The notes: a model not told the origin generated them from the letters alone. DNA of 64,000 nt from Eukaryota sp. TZLM1-RC (GCA_040285825.1 JAUPSS010000002.1:3534001-3598000); one strand, 5' to 3'; shown: positions 25,901-38,514, counted from the first letter of the stretch. Program-made: numbers and translations.

Positions 25901-26822
25901 AAGCCAAAGACCCGTTGTGACCAGCCGTAATCATTGCTGAATTTGTTGAAAAGATGACTAAAGATGTAACACCTCGCACAACGTTTTTTTGACGGCCTGG
26001 ACGGTGGATTACCATATGCTGAAATTTTCGAAAAGGGCTCACTGTAGAGTGCCTACAATCAATTTTTTGATTGATTCGACCCAGACAGAAAAATCTGATA
26101 GACCCATCTTCAGAAGCAGCTACCAAAACTCTCCACTTAACACCTCCAATTTCCAAAACAATGAATTTAATTAGTGTAATGTTAAACCCCAACTGTTCAG
26201 TAGTAAAAGCAACAATTGAGTTATGAAGGTGAAAGATAAAGATTCCACCCATAGTGTCTGCACATGCTAGTAAAAGGTTATCTTGAGAGATGGCCAGGTC
26301 TGTGATTGGATGCTGGGAAACTCGGAGTGAAGAACGAAGGATTCCAAGGGAGGTATCCCAAATCTTGACGAGTTTATCCTCAGAACCAGTGACCAAGAGA
26401 CGAGATGTGTGGTCGAAGAGGCAGCAGTGAATAGTTTCAGTGTGACCGTCAAAGTATTGGGTAAGGGAAAGGTGAGGAGATGAGTGTAGAGATGATGACA
26501 GGTCCAGTTCATAAGAGATGAGTGAAGAGGAGAAGAATGAGGGAGTGTGATTTGAGTTGGGATATGTAGGACTGGGAGTGGGTAGAAAAGACGGAAGAAC
26601 AAAAGGTGAAGGTGAAGGGGTAATATGAGAGGTGATTGAGGATAACAGGTGGTTAGGAAGAGTCGAACAGAGCCATTGTAAGTGTTGTTTATATGTTTCA
26701 GGGTCGTTGGATGAAGACAAACGATTCTCTTGGTTTAAATGTGCAAAGAGTTGAGAGTAGAGGTGGGGAGCATGTTCTAAGATTCCTTGAAGAAGAAGAA
26801 GTATATCAGGTTGAAGACACAT
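22920..26822 (-). CDS. WD40 + bromodomain protein (BRWD1/PHIP-like)
   Basis: GH..CCLFD..LVTGSEDKLVKIW WD40, YVPQVGDSVV, VSPWDL and C-terminal bromodomain (APGYSSIV..LYRH..NAELFN). First in-frame ATG is 26822 (track start is TTG). Confidence 0.85.
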   Translation of the reverse strand: MCLQPDILLLLQGILEHAPHLYSQLFAHLNQENRLSSSNDPETYKQHLQWLCSTLPNHLLSSITSHITPSPSPFVLPSFLPTPSPTYPNSNHTPSFFSSSLISYELDLSSSLHSSPHLSLTQYFDGHTETIHCCLFDHTSRLLVTGSEDKLVKIWDTSLGILRSSLRVSQHPITDLAISQDNLLLACADTMGGIFIFHLHNSIVAFTTEQLGFNITLIKFIVLEIGGVKWRVLVAASEDGSIRFFCLGRINQKIDCRHSTVSPFRKFQHMVIHRPGRQKNVVRGVTSLVIFSTNSAMITAGHNGSLAFWPLHVSSDDSDLIYDPLFVYNDPKERYIVSLVLSNDESLFVVVYKDLSIDCFTTGVCSDLGHKCSWSREVNGKSLFSIEGKFHPSNNSFVLLFGQSNGIDGSYDAYVAVLTFLDDDVISHVFQVDSGIFGEAPCFEFFPFDSSYIIVGSCRHKVSLFSLQGEIFTSITVDSTDPLPINFCQSATSFDGKSVAFAGFQTIAIFNTTLNERKPLGAAFLEQFTILDPYYRELQRQIPPYFVSDSGYFAPHPQNPALCNIRFEPYKDNVPRLYEFPPNIDSFCPFLEGDDVTVSNGPDDDVIRSKIKCFEFEVLYSSPFWARNSNNKFCLVAHKYSISSRISLTKNVFISQQTGLPTEKQVIIEPPPPPSPEPFNQPINHNLIDDVIDDVPDDAIQEEDFPEFIPDDDGNDDDFEVSDAVATEAEDDDYGEANFLTTVELVEQNLARRRSVKEEELPSKRKRRQLNTTLSDEFMLVDRGQRHAYVAVNESQEVDESQESRVDSDSDDEFLNDILTPAQREVQKSKENAKKQPQSKPQSKKIELPSLQTLSLTSRESWQNSFDNGYVPQVGDSVVFVPKIYDFVVESVKITLIKSLIARLEGEKLSNFQLKNKIFEYFDFLNTMIPNNRMKESESLIKGRITFIDFESLNDHYPEECLPLCQATIGIATDYALPIEAPIPPKSTVEKSQNRSRLRSQSSVTNRTLPVDHRVNPYEGLLLEAEYEIQTVFAPPFPFLLPLGCEPLLFSDLDEFKAGDSVFVNRTSGLPIITGTEVYEFRQFLTHNDVTLPDWLKSEGQKEFSKPLAPFLGSLVCKSVGNKLSRRREARIVSINQLHHLPFETNFCSITVELKSPTMTNIQLVVSPWDLIPSKANSKQIFCPFDIGNSLTVLNSTFFNFAFNIISQIMEESPEFSLFQEIPVDRIAPGYSSIVPIASSASFLIQNLHDGLYRHPGALLFDIERILSNAELFNGVDDFDIVPFAKKFVSRLKSELFKWE

Positions 26823-26899
26823 TGAGACTGTGGGGACATGCACAAACCCAAGCTCAGCTGGACCAGTGTCTAAGATTCGAGATGATGTCAAGTCAAGAA

Positions 26900-27700
26900 A
26901 CTTTATCTAAATGTCAATTTCCAATACTTCATCCACATCCAAATGTCTAAACTTAACCATCCGGAGATGATCCGCTTAGATCAAAATTTGTTGGATTTGA
27001 ACACTCTTATTGAGGTCTTCTGAAAGCTAGGGGTCTTGAGTTCAAAAAGTACTGCAATCTCCCATTGGGTTCCAGAGATATCTCTTGACCAAACCATCTC
27101 ACATTCTGGACATGTAAAATAAGCTTTACACTATTTCCTTTCTCCATTCTCTATGAAGTTAAGGGCTTCATGGAAAACTTTGCAACAGTTCACTTTGGCT
27201 GATGTATAGTGTTCATTGCCATCCTTCACCTTGAGATTCTTCAGAAATTTCTTGGTGTTTTCACTATTTGACCGGATGGTCCTTCACTTCCTTTCCCAAA
27301 CCAAATAATCACTTCACGATTTTCAGCCGTGTTTTTGATTTTCTGTACAAAGTGGCTGAATCTCTTTTGGGGACGGATAGAAAAGTCGAAACGATTACGG
27401 CGAATAGCTACAAAGAAAGGGTTGGGATTCTGGGGAGGCCTTTGTTCCTGACTTGGAGGCATCTATGGTCTTCTGGGCCTGGTGACTTTCTGATGCAGGG
27501 AACAGTATTGATTTGAGATTTTGAACAATGGATAATTAAAAAAAATATTTACAATACCTGCTACCCCAGCATTGGGGCTTATTATTACCACTGATTTCGG
27601 CTTCAGCAAATGGAAACAAAATTCTATTATTCAGTCTGCCTTTGAAGTCCATTATTTCAGGAGTACTGGAATTTGGAATTCCTGTAGTTGGTGTTGGAAT
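26900..27700 (-). pseudogene. Fanzor1 remnant (second family) with omegaRNA/right end at about 26900-27010
   Basis: VIIWFGKGSEGPSGQIVKTPR, SAKVNCCK, CPECEMVWSRDIS and RPLAFRRPQ*; homologous to ORF 45480-45872. Confidence 0.75.
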
Positions 27701-28276
27701 TTCACTTTGGCACACAATTTTGGGTAAAATTCTTGAATTTGTGGGATTTTTTTGGATTTTTTTATTCATTTAATAAGGAATATGAAAACCTAAAATACAC
27801 AACTAAAACTCCACATAACAAAACTCCAAGAGGGAATTTGAGTTACTAAAGCAGCAGCAGAACTATTATGAATGTCCTTTAAAAAATTCTTGAATTTATT
27901 GGTTTGATCGGGGTTTTTGTAATAGAGGTATGGTTATTTTGTTATTGAAAATTTAAAGGTATGGTTTCAACTTACATTAATGAGAACACACAATTAAGTC
28001 ACAATTACGTAATTATTGATAAACATAGAGCTATCCAAGGATGTAGGAACAATATACGAATTTCTAATCTCTTTATAACATTTTCATCTCAATGGTGCAG
28101 TAAACAATGAATGTATTACACGTAGAACAGTTATTAGGTAATCTTTATTTTATGCAAATAGCAGGAATATCGCAACTTCTTTGACATAACTAATAGAAAT
28201 AGATATAAATTAAATTTTCAATTAACAATTCCTATTCTCTCTTTCTATTCTCTTTTTTTAAGCTATTTTGATCAGA

Positions 28277-28552
28277 ATGGAGCACCTTTTGGCTGATACT
28301 TTGCTTGATGCTGTAATATTTGAAATATCCCTTGAATCTCTCTTCCCTGATGAGAACAACCCTCCTTTCCAATACGTTGGCCTGTCTGGTACTGATATGC
28401 ACGCAGTTTCTCTATCCTGTTTTCAACCGTGTTCTTTTACAAGAGTGCAATGTGATGTCTGTGGCCGATCCGTCGCTGCTAGTCGTTTTGCTGTGCATCT
28501 AGAGCGCTGCATGGGAAAAGGTCGTACTTCAAGACGTGTTATTTCTGAATGA
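28277..28552 (+). CDS. SGF11: SAGA deubiquitination module subunit Sgf11/ATXN7L3
   Basis: CDVCGRSVAASRFAVHLERCMGKGR zinc finger. Confidence 0.85.
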   Translation: MEHLLADTLLDAVIFEISLESLFPDENNPPFQYVGLSGTDMHAVSLSCFQPCSFTRVQCDVCGRSVAASRFAVHLERCMGKGRTSRRVISE

Positions 28553-28819
28553 CGCTACTTTGTTTTATTTTCTATTTTTCTTTTTCCCTTTTATATTGTT
28601 AAATTTACATTGACAATACTTTTGGACCTCGAATCAATTCTGTTCATGGGTCTTTCTTTTATTTATCTAAATGTTAATTTCAGCTTTGCCTAATTGCACT
28701 TGTCAAATTTTTTATTGTTTATTTTTTTTATTTAGTATTCAGCAAATTCTATTGATTTTCTCTTTATTTTGTTTATTCTAACAAAATACTTGATGTACAT
28801 GACTTCAAATAAACCCAAG

Positions 28820-29502
28820 CTAAACCAGCTTTAATCTTTTCTTCAAATAAGATCGCATATAATACATCTGAAGTGCAGCAGAACCAAACATAACAAAAAC
28901 ACAAAACAGGTTCATCCACTGGACTCTACTCCTGGCAGATTCGGTAAACTCACGGAGTTCTGTTTCCCTTGTAGAAAGGTAACGTTGAACCTCCACAACT
29001 TCAGAGATTCCATCAAGTAATTGTCGCGTAGCAAGGGAAACTGTATCGAGTTGCTCCTTCTTGGCAACGGCTTCATAATCCATGGCGGCATGTCCTACAT
29101 CTACATTGACAGAGAATCGTAGCTTAGTGACTGTCCTGAACCAAGTGGAGGCATCAGCAATGAAGCACATCTAAGATGAGAGCTGTGAAGGGACAAACAA
29201 ACTTCATAGATACCACCCAGAGTAGCCGTAAAAACCACCTGTCCTTCATTCTTGACATGAGAACTACTGATTGTACGACCAGCTGGATCGAGAACTACAA
29301 CATTTGCACGAAGATTGTTATCATGCTTTTGAGAAGCCATCGGGGCAGTGTCTTCAGCAGTGTAGCGTAAACGAACTAAAGTATGTGGAGGAAGTTCTTC
29401 AGCAAAGCATTTTCGACTCCCCTCATAAAGAGTAAAAGAAAGAGCATTCACATGCAAAAAGAAGAATGTCAGAACAAGAAGCAGGGTGTATAATGTATGC
29501 AT
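28820..29502 (-). CDS. p24/TMED (emp24/gp25L) cargo receptor; one 32-nt intron (29171-29202)
   Basis: Signal peptide, GOLD domain (KCFAEEL..GIYE|MCF), coiled coil, TM and KKRLKLV tail; intron GTTTGT...CTCATCTTAG joins the two ORFs. Confidence 0.85.
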
Positions 29503-29749
29503 TGTTTAGGTTATGTATTCAAAAAGAATCAATATTCAATTGTTGGTTTCGTTTTGTGCACATAAAGATGAAATCCACTTTCCTCAATCTTCACCTTAAT
29601 TATAAAATCCACTTACATCACACCACTTCTTTCACCAACACCATTCTTTTTACCAACACTTGCACGGACACTATAATAAAAGATGAATCGATAATATTTT
29701 TTAACTGGAATATTTATTGAGATAAAAAAACCATAAAAATATTTTTTCT

Positions 29750-31070
29750 GGTAAGTTGGCTGATAATAATTATGAAACTGTTGAAAAACTGAAAGCGCGT
29801 CATCCAACTGAAAATTTTTGCCCAATTAAGCCGCCAATTTGTGAATATTGGCTCGAAAATCCTTTTCAGGCTCATGAAGTATTCAATGCTATTGCTAAAT
29901 TGCCAAAAGGAAAAGCTGCTGGTCCCTCAGGCATTTCTTTTGATTTGTTAAAAACTGCTTGTAAAAACACTCCAGAAATTTCTACGGATCTTGCCATTTA
30001 TTTTCAAAGTTTAATGTGTTTGAATTATGTTCCTCCACCTGAATTGACTGCTGCCCGGTTAGTTTCGTTAGTTAAACCAGGGAAAAGTGACAAACCTGAT
30101 GGAGTTAGACCAATTGCTATTGGAGAGTCTTTAACCAGGTTGCTTTCTTCTCTTATTTTCAATAGAATTTCTACTAAGGCAAGGGACTATTTGAATCCTT
30201 TTCAATTTGGTATTAAAACTATTGAAGGTGCTTCTGTTGCTTCAATGACTTCAGATATTTTTTCCAATAGTAGACATCAATATAGTTTCAATTTGGACTT
30301 TAAAAATGACTTTAATTTAGTTCAGCGTAATTGTATTTACGATGTCCTTCTTCAAGAATTTCCAGAACTTTCAGCTTATTTTTACTTATTTTATGGAAAA
30401 AAGTCGGACTTAATCTTTGACACCTTTACCCTTGTTCTTCTGGTGTCAAACAAAGTGATCCTTTTGGTCTATTGCTTTTTCGTTTGGCTATTGCTAATAC
30501 TATTGAAACGACCCAGAAAGAATTCCCTGAGTTACGTATTGTTGCTTATATGGATGACATTTCGATTATTGGTTCTTATGAAAGTATTTGTAGGGTTTCT
30601 AAAAACATTGCTGCGAAATACAAAGACATTGGATTAGCCTTGAATCCCGCAAAATGTCTCTTAACTGGAAGAACAAAACAATCTCTATTGATTGATGATG
30701 TTCAAATTTCTTTCATTAATTATGAACAACAAGCGTTCAAGTTTCTTGGATGTTGGTTAGGTAATTTGGATGAAATTTATTCCCAATTGAACAATTTATT
30801 GAAAAACACATCAAACTTTTTAAAAATTTCATTTTCATTTAGTTTTTTATTTTAATTTAGTTATTTATTTTAACTTTATTTCTGGTAAATTCACTCATAT
30901 TTTAAGATCAACTCCTCCTTCAATGTCTCTTGATTTTTGTGGATTTTGTAGACATTGTTGGAGGTAAATGAATGTTTAATTCGAAGTCATGTTTTTTGTT
31001 CTGCTGATTTAGGTGGAATTGGCTTCTCGAAATCTTCGATTCTATGCAAAGCAGCTTTTTCTGAATCTCT
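29750..31070 (+). mobile_element. CRE-like RT fragment (frameshifted)
   Basis: KAAGPSG, RPIAIGE, FQFG, LDFKN and YMDD motifs. Confidence 0.8.
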
Positions 31071-31129
31071 TACAGATTTTTTTAATTAATTTTAATTTAT
31101 TGTTAAACTACAGTCTAAAAGTCAATATC

Positions 31130-32120
31130 TTCAAAACAAGCTTCCACACCATCAAGCCTCATAGCAGCAATGTCTTCTTTATGTGCACAGACAAACATCA
31201 AAACTGTCGAAATCATTTTAGGAATTGATTTGAAAATAGTAAAAACAAAAAGATTTAACCACAAACGATGATCAAAACGCTTATTCATTTTTTACAAGGT
31301 TTTCAAAATCATCAATAAAATTCAAAGCAGTTTTTCCAAGACGACCATAGAACGATATAGCAAATGGGCAAATTTGGTAATCTACATGGAGCACTTAAGA
31401 TGTTTTTCCAATTCCAGGGTCTTTATGACTTCTAGCTCTTCTTTATTGAATTTGAATAGTTTTCAAGGCTATCAAGTGTCTTTTCGGCGGAACCTGAATA
31501 GCAACCAAGAAAGCAGAAACTAGTTGAAGTATAATCAATATATGGAACTTCAAGGGAATTAATTATTAACTTAACATTTTTCCTAGAAACACAAAAACAT
31601 TTTTGAACATTCAAGTCAAGACCTATGGATTGGTATAATGTAGCAGCTTCATTAGCAACTCTATTAATTGTACTTTCTGGACCAATACAAGAAATGTCAT
31701 CCATATAGGCTACCACTTGAAGGTCTGAATTTTCTTCTTTTAATTTTTTCAAAATTGGGTGAATTGCAAGACAAAAAAAGAAAGGACCTAAAGGGTCTCC
31801 TTGTTTAACTCCGGATAAAGAATCAAGATAAAAGGAATCAAAAATTAAATCAGATGAATTACCATAAAACCTATAAAAAAGGTTTCGAGTTCAGGAAAAT
31901 TTGATTTGATTTCTTTCCAAATTGAATCTCTTTTCACTGAATTGAAAGCATTTTTGAAATCAAGATTAAAAATGCAACTATTTTCGTGACAATTGAAAAA
32001 TAGATCAGATGTCAAAGCCGCAACTGAAGCTCCATATATGGTTTTGATTCCATATTGGAATGGAGAAAAGTATTCTTTAGCTTTTGTTGAAACTCGGTTA
32101 AAAATTACTGAAGACATCAG
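31130..32120 (-). mobile_element. CRE-like RT and RLE fragments (another family, internally deleted)
   Basis: LDFKNAFN, GVKQGDPLGP, YMDD and PFAISFYGRLG. Confidence 0.75.
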
Positions 32121-32124
32121 TATT

Positions 32125-35100
32125 CAAATACTTTTTCTGCGTGTTGCTTAAGCAGGTTCAATGAGAAAGCAAAAATGATTTTATTACCCTTGTAATATGG
32201 AATTAATACCACTGATGGAGTCTCTTCAGCGATATTTGTTACTGATGTATTATTTCGTCAAAATGAATCCAATGTTTGTACCTCATTGGATTTTTTTAGG
32301 ATAAATTTATTTTCAACGCTAACAAAACATTAAACAAAAAACTAGAACTCAATATCCTCAATACACGCATCAACATCATCAAATCTTTTAAGCGCACGAT
32401 TTTCATACTCTATTCCTAATTGTAACAGTGCTTTGGTCAACATTTCTGGAATTGCTTTAAGAATACTGAAAACAATTCTATTGTGCCAGAAATTGAAGTT
32501 CAATTCTTTTCCTGCTCTTTCTTTTATTAAACTTCTGAAACCTTCAAGAAATTTAATGCCAGATATTCCAATGTTACCAAAAAGAGAAACAGCAAATGGA
32601 ACCAACTGATACTTAACATGCTCAACACGTCCTAGCTGAGATAAGGGTTCATTGTACTTTTTGATTTTGCTCTTTTCAGCAAAGCAAAGTGGAGTTTCAT
32701 CTCTTTTAGCAAAGTCAATTGCTGAGTCTTTACAAACATCAACAGTGACAACATCAACAACTTTAATAACACCATCAGACGCAGGGGTAATTAAATCAGC
32801 ACGGCGTTTCCCAAAAGTATTTTCATTTTCATTTTCAGATGACAACCTTCGCACAAGTGGTTCAACAAAAGCTTCAATGTGATGGCTTTTGCACATAGCG
32901 TATAGTTGGTCTCTAACAGCATCGTGAACAACTGAGCGATATGTAATATTAAATTTGCAATTAAATAAATGATTCAGATTAATGAGATGACCACAACGAC
33001 AAATCAAATCATTTGGCACACTACATGGCCACAGGAAACACCTCATCCTGAAGGCAGTTGTCCATTGATGATCATTTAATAATAGACCATATACATTTGG
33101 AATCTGGGAAATAAGACAACTTGAGCTACTATCCTTGAGGTCAATTAAAAAGTTTGCAAAAACGGGATTCTTTTCTTTAGCCAAGCTAAGACGAACAGTG
33201 AAATCCAAGTTTTCAAAAACTTTTAATATCTTTTTCTGCAATTTAGCATATGCAAATTTCAAGGAAATCAAACTCCTGGGTGGAATTTCTTGAATATCAG
33301 CAGGAAAGCATTTGGACCATATGTGAGGAGAGATGCATTCAATTTCACTCTGCAAGGACACTAAATAGTCACTAACACAACATTCTATCAAATGCTGGTT
33401 TTCAGGAAAACGTTTCAAAAATTCAAAAACGAAATTTTTTTCCTCCACCGATGAATGCGGCTTTACACAAATAATTTGATTTGTGAAAATCCAGGCCTCC
33501 CAATTCTGTGCTACAAAAAAATATGACTACGTAAAAAGAAGAATCAATATCGAGCAAATTAGCCAAAAATTTTGTTCTTAATTCATTAAAAATTCTGCAA
33601 AATTCGAGAGAAATAGATGGTGATGTTGATCGTAAAATATGAGTAAATTTCCCTGAATAACAAATTCTGAGGAAGAAAAATTTAAGATGTTTTTCAATAT
33701 TTAAATCTGAAAGAACCATCAATTCTTCTTCAAAATTATCCAAAAGAGAGGAAAGTTGATTTCGAATTTCATCAAAGTTGCCTAAATAACAACCTAAAAA
33801 AACGAAATCCTGATTCAAAATAATTGATAAAAGGAACACTTTGATCATCAATAATGAAATCAGCAGGCTCTCTACCAATCAATAAACATTTGGAAATATT
33901 TAGAGAAAGACCAATTTCATAATAGCGCTGTTGAACAATTTCAGCAATTGTTCTCAATGAATCAATTGGACCAATTATTGATATGTCATCCATATAAGCA
34001 GTTATATGAACATCTGGAAATTCTTGTTTTAATTCACACATTAAAGGATGGATAGCAAGACAGAAAAAGAAAGGACCTAATGGATCACCTTGTTTGACAC
34101 CAGATGATGATATTAGATTGAATTCCTCATAAACAAGAGTCGATTGCGAGCCATAAAAATTGTAAAAAAACGACTCAGCTTCTGGAAAATGAGTTTGAAG
34201 CAAGGGCAAGATGGACGACCTCTTCACTGCATTGAAAGCGTTTTTAAAATCTAAATTGAAAATATAATTCGAAGTATTGGAATTAAAAAAGACATCAGAA
34301 GAGAGTGCTGCAGAAGATGCACCATCAACTGTTTTAATTCCAAATTGGAAAGGACTAAAAAAATCTTTAGCTTTTTTACCAATCCTGCCAAACACAGCTG
34401 AAGCAAGAATACGAGACAAAGATTCACCAATTGCAATTGGCCTTATTTTTGATTCATTCTTTTTTAAAGCAATTAAGCGTGAACTTGTCATTTCAGATGG
34501 AAGCTTGATTTTTAATGTTAAAATTTTGTTGAAAAAGAAAACCAAATCATCAATACATTCAGAACATTGGTTTATCGTGGATTTTAACATGTCAAAAGTG
34601 ATCATTGGATTTTAGTAATGCCTTCAATTCACTCAGTCGTCAAAGTATCCATGGTGCTTTATTGCAATATATGCCTGGATCAATGTCGTATTTTCAATCA
34701 ACATATAGCACATATTCTAATTTACATTTTGGTGATAGCATTTTGAGTTCATCAAGTGGTGTAAAGCAAGGAGATCCGTTAGAACCTCTTTTGTTTTGTT
34801 TGGCCATTCATCCTATTTTATTGCAAATTTAAGAGATGTTTCCTTCGCTAAAAATGATTGCATATATGGATGATGTTGTGCTTATTGGTGATTTAAATAT
34901 TGTGAAACAAGCAACTGTATGTTTTAAAGAATTATTTACCAAAATTGGTCTCCCACTTAATTTACTTAAATGTATTTTGTTTTCGAATTCTCCAGTTTCC
35001 ACAATAGTTGATGGTATTGAAATTCAAGCCAAATTATATTCAATTGATGCTATTCGTCATTTGGGTTCGTTTTTAGGAAATAATGATGAAATTACCAACA

Positions 35101-35740
35101 AATTGTTTGAAAAGTTGAACTCAATTTCTGAACAAATTGACCGAATGATGAATTTAGATTTACAAAAACACATCAAATTTACCATTATAAGACTGTGTTT
35201 TGGTTTAATGATAGTCGTCCCATTAGTTATGATTTAATTTAATCAAGTGTGCAAATTCAATAAATATATTTTCCAATTTTAATCAAATATTTCGATCTAC
35301 AAATCCTCTTGTCACTAGACGTTTGGCTCAGAAGTTTAATGAATTACGTGCAAAAGTTCTGTCACAATTACTGGGATGTAAAATGTTCCAAATTCAAGAT
35401 CATGCTTACCTTAGTCCACATTATGGCGGTTTCGGGTGGACGAAGGCTTCTATTCTTACCTCGTGTGCTTTTGTTGGTGGATGCAGAAACGCAATCTTTG
35501 AGTTTTCCTTAAGATTTGCAGATTGGGAAGATTTATTGATGGCAACGCAAAGTTCCACTGTTTTTGCTCTAAATGAAGAAATTTCAAAAATTAATGCAGA
35601 AAAATGGGGTCGATGTTTTCCCCAATCATTTAATGGCAATATTCCAGAAAAGAGTGTTTTAAATTTGAAGTACACTCTTCGAACATTACTGAAACGATTG
35701 ACTGGAATGTATAAAAATGATCTTTATAATAATATATGCA
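32125..35740 (+). mobile_element. Family A element interrupted by an antisense family B insertion and by a family A tail fragment (about 35200-35270)
   Basis: Family A RT sequence stops at 32294 and resumes at 34602; compare with 9410-10625. Confidence 0.8.
32295..34601 (-). mobile_element. CRE-like family B element, 5'-truncated, with 12-bp TSD TCATTGGATTTT
   Basis: RT-RLE in three frames ending DVDACIEDIEF*; TSD at 32283-32294 and 34602-34613. Confidence 0.85.
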
Positions 35741-37650
35741 CTTCATAATTAACGATCCCTTGCCAAATCTGCCAGAGAGGATCGTTTCTGGAAAGTCTTT
35801 GCTGCACTTCATAATTCTCCACAACAATGGACTTCTTTGGCCAACAAATCTACTGCCTCGTCGTATCTTATCATTGGTGTTGATGAAGAAGAAACTGCTA
35901 ATCCAGAGTACCCCTGCTCTGCTTTTAAAAGTGATCTACGTTCTGTTTTCCACTTTCTTAAAGGAAGTGAAGACCTACCACCTCACATCCATTTAGATAA
36001 TTCTGTATCTGATGATAAGACCTTCTCCCCATTACTTGCATCAATTTTTAAGTGTATTCCCAGTGTTGTTTTCCACCCATTATTTAGTGTCGATATTGGG
36101 GACGAATCAGGCCAAATCAAAAACAAACAAAGAAGAATGGTTTTTTTACTTGAAGTTTGCTGTGGATTGGATTTGCTGCATTATAAAAATGAGATATGGG
36201 TTAGAAACGGAACAGCTTGTTCAAAATATGACGATTTAGCCGTCGCACAGCAACTTTCTGTTGTTCAAAAGTTTCCATCTCGTGATTGCTTTTCTTTTCT
36301 TCCTCGTGTTGCTGTTGTTTTTAATTCAGCCACTTGTTTTTCCAATGATTGCTACTTTAGCTTGTTGGATAACTTCGTTTCTTTGCCTTGGAAATTTGTT
36401 ATTGATGTTGCCCCAACTGCTATGCTTAGCTGTCCACCTAATGTGTTTTATAAACATGTGCCAGAACTTCAGGTTGTCCTTGGCAAAGAGTAGCAATCAT
36501 TGGAAAAACAAGTGGCTGAATTAAAAACAACAGCAACACGAGGAAGAAAAGAAAAGCAATCACGAGATGGAAACTTTTGAACAACAGAAAGTTGCTGTGC
36601 GACGGCTAAATCGTCAAATTTTGAACAAGTTGTTCCGTTTCTAACCCATATATCATTTTTATAATACAGCAAATCCAATCCACAGCAAATTTCGAGTAAA
36701 AAAACCATTCTTCTTTGTTTGTTTTTGATCCGGCCTGATTCGTCCCCAATATCGACACTAAATAATGGGTGGAAAACAACACTGGGAATACACTTAAAAA
36801 TTGATGCAAGTAATGGGGAGAAGGTCTTATCATCAGATACAGAATTATCTAAATGGATGTGAGGTGGTAGGTCTTCACTTCCTTTAAGAAAGTGGAAAAC
36901 AGAACGTAGATCACTTTTAAAAGCAGAGCAGGGGTACTCTGGATTAGCAGTTTCTTCTTCATCAACACCAATGATAAGATACGACGAGGCAGTAGATTTG
37001 TTGGCCAAAGAAGTCCATTGTTGTGGAGAATTATGAAGTGCAGCAAAGACTTTCCAGAAACGATCCTCTCTGGCAGATTTGGCAAGGGATCGTTTTAGAT
37101 CATGAACATTACTCTCTTCACCACTAGAGATGAGGTCAAGGGTAAAGTCTATTGTGGACTGACTCATGAGGGTTCTATTAGCAAATAGTTCTAGTAGGAC
37201 AAATTCTGACTTCCCAACTCTGTATGCTTGTGTCTTTGCACTCATTTTAATCTCTTTTCCTACAAGACATCATTCTTTTGAGGACGCCACAGTCAGATTA
37301 CTTGATGATTTTCCTACTTTGTGAACAACCTCAGTGATCAGTATCAGCCAATTTTCTCACTTCTCAAATTCAGTTGCACAGCACTCCCTCATGACATACT
37401 TCTGGTCTGATGTTTGTGAACAGTATTCAGTTTATCTTTCGTTGTGAGTATCTCGTGTATTTGCTTGAATAATAATCCGATCAATTACCTTATCATTTGA
37501 ATTTCTCGCACCACACTGGAAACTTCAAATGAGCCTCAGAAAATCGTATCAAAAACGATAATCTTACACTTACAGCAATGCATTTATTAGTTTACAAAAT
37601 TCAATTGTATACTTCTTGATTTTTCACTATTTTTTTTAATTTTTATTTAT
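35741..37650. pseudogene. Inverted partial duplications of the 5' part of the 38515-41949 gene
   Basis: 35750-36470 (+) and 36470-37650 (-) match 41070-42340 closely. Confidence 0.85.
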
Positions 37651-37651
37651 T

Positions 37652-38386
37652 TCAATATAAACAAACTATACGACCAGGTAAAAATTCTATGTCTTCATAA
37701 CCCAAATCAGCCAAGAAGAATTGACTGGAGGTTTTTCTTTCATAAACGCGTCCAAGAGATAACAAAGCTGAAGATAATAAGGGAATAACACTTTCGAAAA
37801 TTGAAAATACAATTCTATTTTGCCCAAAACTCTTGTCAAAAACTCTTCCAGTACGTTGTTTCACAATTTCAACAAAATCATCCAGAAAGGACAAAGCAAG
37901 AGGTCCATGCGTGCCATGAAGAAAAAACTGCAAACGGACAGAGGACATAATGAGTATGCGATTCTGCATTCAAGGATAACATTTTTGCTTTATATTTGTC
38001 AATTTTGTTATTTTCGGAAACAGTTAAGGGGTCTCTATATTTTGATTGAGCCATTTGAATAACAGAATCATTACAGACATCAGTGGATATCACATCTGTA
38101 ACAATGGAAGTACCTTCAAGACCTTCAAGCATTAAATTACGTCTATTTCGACCAAACGAATTCAAAGTATCTTCATCAACCAGACGGGAAAGTAATGGTT
38201 CTAAATAGGAAACAATTTTATGTGATTTTGGCATACAATAGAGTTGATCTCTTACTGCATCATGAACTTTTGAGCGGAAAATAATAAAATGTTTACAATT
38301 GAATAAAGGATTTGGAGAAATTTTTGATCCACATTTACAAATAAAATTATGAGGCACGTTATCAGGCCAAATAAAGCAACGAAGGC
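37652..38386 (-). mobile_element. CRE-like family D 3' half
   Basis: CKC..LFNC, RSKVHDAVRD, KIDKY, CPFA and ...GYEDIEFL. Confidence 0.8.
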
Positions 38387-38514
38387 TGTGAGTTGGTTCA
38401 GTAATAGTGACGCTTGTTTGGAGGATATTGAATTCTAGATAGTTTTTTTATCTCAATAAATGTGGAGCTGGTTTAAAAAAAATCAATAAATATATATTTA
38501 TGTAAATGACAACA

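Noticed and set aside
34590-34620. Head-to-head B/A junction as a second double-ended insertion
   Set aside because: Explained by B nested in A with a 12-bp TSD.
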